Below, piece by piece: positions 51,301 through 60,300 of a DNA stretch of 64,000 nucleotides. Position 1 is the first letter of the stretch. Every line of letters starts with the position of its first letter. The position numbers and the translations under genes were made by a program. The DNA comes from Hydrolagus colliei (Eukaryota). The notes beneath the pieces were generated by a model. The model worked only from the letters and a program-made list of their open reading frames with translations, had not been told where the DNA came from and ran no database searches. Where the stretch lies: NCBI GenBank assembly GCA_035084275.1, contig CM068743.1, forward strand, positions 59,148,001 through 59,212,000. Direction: 5' to 3'.

Positions 51301-54300
51301 TAAAAAATGGATATTGTATTACCTTTGACACCCACATACATGACACATTGAATACCTTCCCAATGTTGATAGCTGTATACCAAGGGAAATTGTTTTCAGT
51401 TGTGCTTAAATCAGCTTTTGTTTTGAGAACTGTCACTTCTTTGATCAATGCTAACTGGCTGAGGGGAGGAAAATGCTTCACATTGACACATAAGGATATT
51501 AAGGACATTATCATGTCCAAGATATTTACGTGCAGTACATTTCATAAAATAAAATTATTGTGAGTCAGCAATTACATATATTTTCAAATAAATGTCAAAC
51601 TTCCTGAAAAGGTTGTACTATTTTAAAATGCAATGTTTATTATTGCTTTTCAATTATTGGCTCTTAAAAGTTCTTATTATAAGCAATGTATATTTTAGCC
51701 AATTTGCTGCAGAAATTGCAAGGCTTCTATCCCAATGTACCAATGTATCGAAAAGCAAATAAAAACTTAATTAATTCATTAAAACATTGTTTTTTTTATT
51801 TGTTATATGTTTTTCCCCAAAATTTTATCAAAAATGGGTATGGATCAAAATGATGGTATTTCTAAACCATTCTGTTCCTTAATACTAGAATTTAAACTTT
51901 TTCACATTCCACATGTTTCAAACAGCATTGCAATAATGTTCATGGTTTACATATTTTCTGTGAATAATAAGCCTTGAAAATTTCGTAAACTTATTTTTAA
52001 ATGATTAAACAGTACATTTGAACTTGCAATGCTTTTTTTCAAATTATTTTTCATTAGGACAGTGACTGTGATTTTGTGTGCTAACATTTTTACTAACATT
52101 AACAAACAAGATATTAGGTTGATTTTCTGATTATCAGTGAAATTGCCAAAAGTACTTTGTAGACAATAATATCTTATTCTCTGCTCTTTGGTAAATTTGC
52201 CAACTGTGATGGTATGAGTTTATCTATGATGACACTAAGTTAGGGAGAATAGTAAACAGTGAGGAGGATAGTAGCCATCTGCAAGAGGATATAGACAAAT
52301 TGGTAAAGTGGGCAGACACATGGCAGATGAAGTTTAATGCCGAGAAGTGTGAGGTGATGCATTTTGGGAGAAGAAATGAAGGGAGGCAATATAGGCTAGA
52401 TAGTACAATTTTAAATGGTGTAAAGGAACAGAGAGACCTGGGGATTTGTGTTAGTGACTCGTTGAAGGTGGTAGGACAGGTAGACAAGGCTGTTAAGAAG
52501 GCATATGGGATACTAGGCTTTATAAATAGGGGTATAGAGTACAAAAGTCAGGAAGTGACTAACCTCTATAGGACTTTGGTGAGGCCTCAGCTGGAATACT
52601 GTGTTCAATTCTGGTCACCACACTACAGAAAGGATGTGAAGGCATTGGAAAGGGTACAACGAAGATTTACTACGATGGTGCCAGGATTGAGGGACTTCAG
52701 CTATGAGGAGAGGCTAGATAGGCTAGGGTTATTCTCTCTGGAGCAGAGAAGATTGAGGGGAGACCTAATAGAGGTTTATAAGATCATGAGGGGTTTCGAC
52801 AGGGCAAATAGAGAAAAACTATTTCCACTCGTGGGTGAATCTGTGACTCGTGGTCACAGATTTAAAATAGTTTTAAGGCGCAGTAGAGGGGAGCTGAGGA
52901 GAATTTTTTTCACTCAGCGAGTTGTTCGAATCTGGAATGCATTGCCTGAAAAGGTGGTGGAGGCTGATTCGATAACAACTTTTAAAAGGGAATTAGATCT
53001 TTATTTAGGGAGAACGGGTCTATTAGGCTATGGGGAGCGGGCAGGGCAGTGGGATTGAATCGCTCTTTTCAAAGAGCCGGCACAGACTAGATGGGCCGAA
53101 TGGCCTCCTTTTGTGCCATAAAATTCTATGATTCTATGATTCTATGAACCTTCCACTCATGCTCTGGTATAATACGGAATAAAATGAACACACTGGTTAA
53201 GTTTGCAGAATTTACTGATGATCAGTGAATCATTCCCCTTTGGACTTTCAGCTCCTATACCTGTTTAGTCATGGCCAACTTATTATAGACAGAAATAGAT
53301 ATTTTGTTAGAAATTAATGATGGCTCAGTTTTACTGGAATCTACATGTCTTAGATTGAGGGATGTAAGCTTGCAGCATTGAGTTACATGAATGTGCAGAG
53401 TTGTGGTTTATGGTCAAAATTGCTTTTATTTTTAATGCTCGTAAAGAGTTGATACACTACTGGATTCCTGCTAACTTTCATTTTCTGAAGGACATTGTAG
53501 TTGATCAGTTGATCACTTCTCAAACTTTACATTTGAAGAATATGAAGCTCACGCTGCACTGGATGTGATTCGATGTCAGTGGGTGTACAGCTAAAGCAAC
53601 AGGAGTCTACCTCCTGGAGGTGATCTCACACAGTTTCTCAGAGCCACAGTTGCAGAATACATTTTTCTTTTAAGAAACAAATTATAACATCTTACCTCCA
53701 GGGAAGGAAAAATGTATATCCTAGTGTTGCATTGACCCTAGTCGCATGCTTGGTTTATAATACTGTGCCTGATGGAGCCTGTATATTGAGCAAACTAAAC
53801 TTGTAACTTTGGATTCCCTCAAGCCACTGACCCGCTCTCTCTGTCCCATGATAGAAAGTCTAGTAAGCTTGTGTGGTTGGTACATTTGTTGTGTGGTCAG
53901 GATTAACTTAGACCAATGGTCGCCAACCTGCGGCCCGCAGACCACTTCCTGCTTCTGGGGCTGTCAAGAAGCACCCATCGCCCCCACCCCCAACCCCCCT
54001 TCCCCCTCGAACATTCCCACTAGTCTAGTTATGTACATGTTCAATCAGTAGTGTGTTTTCAGTTTTTTCTGGACACTATTTCACATTTGGCTTAATTCAA
54101 AAAATATTCAAACAAGAAAATACATTTTATTCGCCGACTATAAAGTTTGGCCATCGCTGATTTAACAACAACATAATTAAAAGCATTTTTACACCCATTA
54201 CATTTATCAAAGAATTAGCTACTCTGTCTTCTAACAAGGAAAAGAAACAGTTCAATCTGTCAAATTATTAATGCGTGGGAGGATCCTTCCTTTCTGACCA

Positions 54301-57300
54301 TTGCTCACATTTACTTTTCCTGTCCAGTCACCAGGAGTCAGAAGAAACTGGGGTCATGGGATCACTGGTAGACAGAGGCCTTTCTATCTGTAGATAGATG
54401 GTGAAGGAAGAGCTGCAGCATGTCATGAAGGCTCTACACGATGGCTACCACCTTAGAGCTCTAGTCACAAAGCTTTTCCTGATCTGTTAACCTTAGGACC
54501 TTTTTCACAAAGTTTTTCGTAATCAGTTAACCTTAGGGCTCTATTCACAAAGCTTTTCCTGATCTGCCAAAGGGTAAATATTTCTGCCAACATAGTGGTG
54601 ACAAACTGCAGAACAGTATGCTTTACCAAATCTGGAAAATTATTATTAACACGGACCTTAGTCCTCCATTTATTACCATAAGACAGCCTTTGGATTTTCA
54701 TTAACAGGTACATAATCTTCACATATACACATACAAGGAGGAAAAATGCAGCATGTTATAACTAATATATTGATTAAAAAATTCAGACAATATTAAGCTC
54801 AGAGTTGACTACCACTTGACTACCAGCACCTCCCCCACCCTACATATGCACACACATACACACTCAGCCAAGTAATAATCATAGGAGAGGGGGAAGAAAC
54901 ATTAAGTCAATATAAAGAAAATATGAACAGAATTTAAATGGGTAATTTTGTGTTAATTAGACATGCAGCATAAAAGGCATAATTCCAATAGAGAGTAATA
55001 ATAATTGGGATAAAGGTAAAAGAAGTGATATCATACAGTGAGAGTAGTTTTTTTGAGTTAAAAAGCATCACTTGTTGATGCATTTTTTTGCTCCAAGTGC
55101 AGCTAAATTTTATATGGAATTTTCATTTGAAATTAATCTGTTTGTCTCCCTTGGATTAATTTAAAGATAACTATACAATCCTTATGATTCTCCATTTCTG
55201 ATATTTTTTCATTACAGAGGATCTAACTTTGGATAGTTATCTAAAATAACTATTCTGCCAGTTCAGGGGAAAAAAATTGTATTGCATATTTTATTTAATA
55301 AATTGAGGAGGTTTTGCATGATTTGCTCTATTTACCCATTCTGCACATATGTGCAGCCAAACATTAGTACATTTGATGTAATTTTGCATCCTGTGTCAGT
55401 GGCTGAAAGGGAATTCCTAGAAGGTATATGTTCTTTTTATTAATGTTTCAATATGGTTTCATTTTGTATTAATTTTGTCTCATCTCTGGTTTGGCCCATT
55501 TTCTCTGCCTGTGAGGTGCATATTGCAGCTGTGGTTCTGTTGGATGTGTCCACCCATTTGTTTATTGGTAGAGGTGCTATCTATATGTGTGGCTTATGTT
55601 TTTTTGGTGATCAAATAGGCCTAGGAATCCATTCAAGGCATGCTTTTTCCTGAACAGTCTGCTTCTCCGTGCTAACCTTACCTAAATTGTTGATTTTGTA
55701 CATATCTTTGTGCATGTATCTCTCTTTTGAGGTTTGTGGTTCAGATCTGAACTCATAATTGGTTTAAATGACTTAGTATTGAAACAACAAGTCTCACTCT
55801 CAAACGGGAAACTTCACTAAGATATCTTTTTTTTCTGAAAAGGAGGATTGAGAAAGTAAACCCGGAACAATATATTCAGAATGCACTAAGACAGCAGATC
55901 ATGCAAACATCAGTTTAGGGTTTCAAGTGGCAATTCTAGGACAGAAACAAGGAAGTATTAATTTTCTCAGTAGGAAGTTAAGAACTGGAATAAGGTACCG
56001 GAAAGGGTGGTTAAGGCCGGGGCTTATTTTTAAAAGCAGCTTGATGCTGTGGTGGGAAGACTGTAGAGTAGCTATTCTGTAAGGATGAGATCAGGTAAGT
56101 CAAGGGTCTTTCTCCTTCTGGACCTATCTTGACATTCCACTAGTGTCAGGACTCCCAAGATGGAGCTTAGAACCATAGAACTTCATAACACTAAAGAAGG
56201 CCTATCGTATCTGTGCTTGCCCTTTTTATAATAGCTATCATTTCAGTCTAATTTATCTGCCTTTACATCTGTACTTTACTCCTTTTTAGATACCTATTTA
56301 GTCACCTTTTGAAAGTTAATATAAAATCAATCCTCAACCACGTGCTTGGTAAGGCATTCCAGCTTACTAGGAAATAACAATGGTGCATTATTGTGATATT
56401 TGTGTGTTAGTTCTAGTTCTCAATTCATGATTTCAAGATGCTTAAATACCCCAAAATGCAAACATTAGAATCCTATATTTTCTAAAAACCCAAACGGGCC
56501 ACTTTCCTGCTCTATTCATGAATCTTGTAGCCTTTTCTCAGTCAAAAAAGTGCTTAATTATGACTTGCAGTTTGCAAATCCAACTTTTAAGATCCCAATC
56601 CATCTACGTTTAGACTGCTACAAAGTTAGTTTTGCTGGAAAATGCAGAATTTCATTTCACACAACATTCTCAAGTCCAGATTTCTTTATTACAGCGGGTA
56701 TGCGTCTGTAGGAATAGTAACCAAATTGCAAGTTGTCTGTTCCAACCTGTTTGCAAATTAAGAATTTTTTTATTGGTACTGTAATAACTTCTATGACAAA
56801 TTATCCATTTGGTTCTGCTGTTAATGTAATAAAATCCATTGACTTTAAAGAATTGGTTGATCTTAAAAAGGGCCAGAAACAACACTGTTTTCAGCAAACT
56901 TTTAAGTGCTTTATTTCAATATGAGATAACCATTTTTTCCAGAAACTATGGGGTGAAATTTATGGTGTTTTGGTGAATGCATTTCAAAGCACTGCACATT
57001 TAATAATTAAAGCAGTCGCCACCAATATCTGAGTGAATCATCAACTAGGTTGGTGGCATTCATTCATAGTGGGTAAAATTCCATTGCAACTCATGTCAAC
57101 CAATTCCTGTAAAGGGTAAATAACTTCATGAACTTAATAGAATTATGAGTATTGCTGCAACAAAGTGGTTAATCTTCACCTTGAGAGGCACCTCTCATCA
57201 GCTGTTATCTGCTTGCTTTTTGAATCATTCTGTGTTTGATTCAAAATTGTCTTCTTGCCTTTTATCAATTTTATCTGGGGTCCTTTTTGCCTATGTCCCA

Positions 57301-60300
57301 CTGTAGGTGTAGTCTATGACACTATCATGCTTAAACACCAGTGCATCTGTGGTAACTTCAGCAACCATCCCGAGCATGCTGGGAGGGTACAGAGCATCTG
57401 GTCCAGGCTTCAGGAAACGGGATTGCTCAACAACTGTGAGGTAAGGTTAGATTTCAATGCGTTTCTGGTTTCCGCATGCTGAAGTGAGAAATTCTTAGAA
57501 CAATGGTAAAGATTTCTAATAGATATTTTTAAATATCCTTCCAGGTGGCAGTGCTTACACTTTAATGTTTTAAGGGATGAGCTGTTATCTACTATTACAT
57601 ATGATTTATTTGATAAATTGTTTCCATCCAAAAGTGGAGTCCTGTAGTGTGTATTGCTTAGAGCCCTTGACTCGCACCCAAGTGGACCTGGGTTCAATTC
57701 CTCGGCATGGCAAAACCTAAGGCAAGTTTCCTTACTCCATATGCCTCTGTTTACCTCGCAGTAAGAAGGAACATGATTGATAATTGATTGGCACATTGCA
57801 TCCCAGAGGCAATAATGCACTGTCTGCTTGTTCACATGAATGTTAATGATCCCATGCCACTATTTGAAAAGTGAAGGGAATCCTGGCCAACAATCCCCCA
57901 GATAAAATTGGTCACTCACTTCATGGGGAGGATGGATTTGCGCGGTTATGGGGAGAGAGCTGGGGAGTGGGATTAAATTGCTCGTTTTAAAGAGCTGGCA
58001 CAGACTCGATGGGCTGAATGGCCTCATTTTGTGCCATAAGATTCTATGATTCTGTGGCTGTTTATGGGACAGTGTTGTACACAAAATTATCTATAAATAC
58101 AGTCAATGCACTTTAGAGCAAATTTTGTGAAGTATTTTGAGACATCAAATGTAAGGATTATTATGACAATTATTATTATTAAAGTGCAGGATTTTAATAA
58201 TTTCACTTTCTTAATTCTCACCAGATACAATTAAGTAATGTTTTATCAAATAGTAATAGTGTTTAATGATTCGTTTGGGATTGAACACTCTCTGACTTGG
58301 GAAAGTTGATTGTTTCCAGGCTTTTCACTGTGAATTAGATTTTTTTTTAAAAAGCAAGATTGCATTTTTTTGACTCCAAGAATGCTTTGTAACTTTAAAA
58401 TGCAATAGTTATTTTCAGACCAGTGTCTGATAAGGAAACACAAAACAGGCTTTCCAAGACTATATTAAAGATTTTCCAGAATTACAGGGGCCAAATTGAC
58501 AATGTGAAGCTTGACGAAATGTGAAAACAATACTAGAGGCCAATCACTGGTCATTGTTATTCAAAGGCCTCTAGACATTTCATCTGCATGTTTCAAATAA
58601 TGTTGAATAAAAAGATGTTCTATAATACATGGAGAAGTGAAGCATTACAATACAATTAATACAAAAGAAGCTTGACCATTTTATTTGCACTGACTTTGGG
58701 TGGGTTTTTAGTTCCATCGTGACCAGCAATACAATAACAACAACTTACATTTATATAGCATTCTTCATGCCAGATGGTATCTCATAACCTGGATTATAAG
58801 TCTAAGCAATACATGTTCACATAATGTTTGACTCTGTAGGATCATAACCTATCCTGATCCTCACCTGACATCCCATCTATTGCATGTATTCCAGGAAAGG
58901 ACACTGGACAGTAATCGAGAGCAGACACCCTAACTAACCTTACCCTCCCCAGTTCAGCTGTGTTGAACTTAACCTACAACAGTGACTTTAACAAATGAGC
59001 AACTTCATCAATTAAACCTTCATCAGATGTGTTGACTGAACAAGAGAAAGATTGTCAACTCAAACAATTCTTTTTACCAACATTGTTGATAATAACAAGC
59101 GTCGCATTTAGCAGAGCACATTTCATGATGGGAAAATATCTCAAAGTGCTTCACAGGATATACTGTAAAGTGCAGTGACTGCATTTTGTCAGCAAAACAT
59201 AGTGAATGTGACATGGTTTAGTTCGAAATTGTTTATGCTATATTTAAGCTTTTATTTCTGAACAATTGCTTTTGAGCAAAATGAAATAAAATATGCAGTG
59301 GATAATTTTGTGAAAGAGACTGATTGATGTAATAATTGTTCATGTAAAATCTAGGAGTTTTCCAACATTTATTTTAAAAAATCTTTGTTAGATTTGATTC
59401 TTTAATGGGGGAAAACAGAACATAAAAGGTTTCCTTACTATTTGGAAGATTTCTTTGAAAATGATTTAATATGTACACTTTTTTTCTAACCATATTGTTG
59501 GCAAAGGTTAAAGCTAATGTCATACCACATTAGTGGGTTTCATGTTGTCATTTATTTTGTTGAGTTTTCTCCATCACCAATGTGGCCCTGGCTCTGATTC
59601 CATCCACTGGTCCGCTCATTCAGGCTGAGTCAAGTAGTGTGCAACCATGGCGTCTGGTTGACTCTATGGTCGGTCCAAAGCCACAACCGTCTGTTTAACA
59701 TCCTTTCCTCACCCCCATTGCTGCAGAAACTCTTCAAAACACTTCAACAACACAAGTTTCCAATGCTCTCTTCACTAGCCTCCTCAGCTCCACTGTTGAG
59801 ATTTCATCACATGATGCTCCTGGATTTATTAATCCCCCCTCCCCACCTCCATCTTTGCCAAGCTCCATTGTCTTCCAAACCAAGCCTCATCCTGCCCTCA
59901 TCCAAAAGTGCCACCTGGAATGAGATACCAGCAAACAACCTATACTTGAGGAATCTTAGTCCAGAATTATACTCACAATTGTACAAATGTGTACCTATGG
60001 CATCAGAGGGAGAAACAACTGGGGAAATTGGGAGTAAGGATTACGAATGACTTCACAATTACATGCAAACATTTACACATATTTTGTCTTTTTTTTAGCG
60101 TATTCGAGGGCGAAAAGCCACCTTGGAAGAAATACAGTTGATTCATTCTGAATATCACTCACTGCTCTTCGGTACCAATCCCCTCAACAGGCAAAAGCTG
60201 GACACAAGGAATCTGCTTGGTTAGTGATCCTGGTTCCTGAGAGCACACTACATTTCACAATGGTCATCTATCAATGTACAGCTTTAATGCACATGGGAAG

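Noticed and set aside
52300-53058. 252-aa stand-alone gene, and the antisense 106-aa ORF overlapping it
   Set aside because: It is the C-terminus of CR1 ORF2; the antisense ORF is a shadow.
54451-54570. CRISPR-like array
   Set aside because: Contiguous 40-bp tandem units with no unique spacers, in a vertebrate intron with no cas genes.
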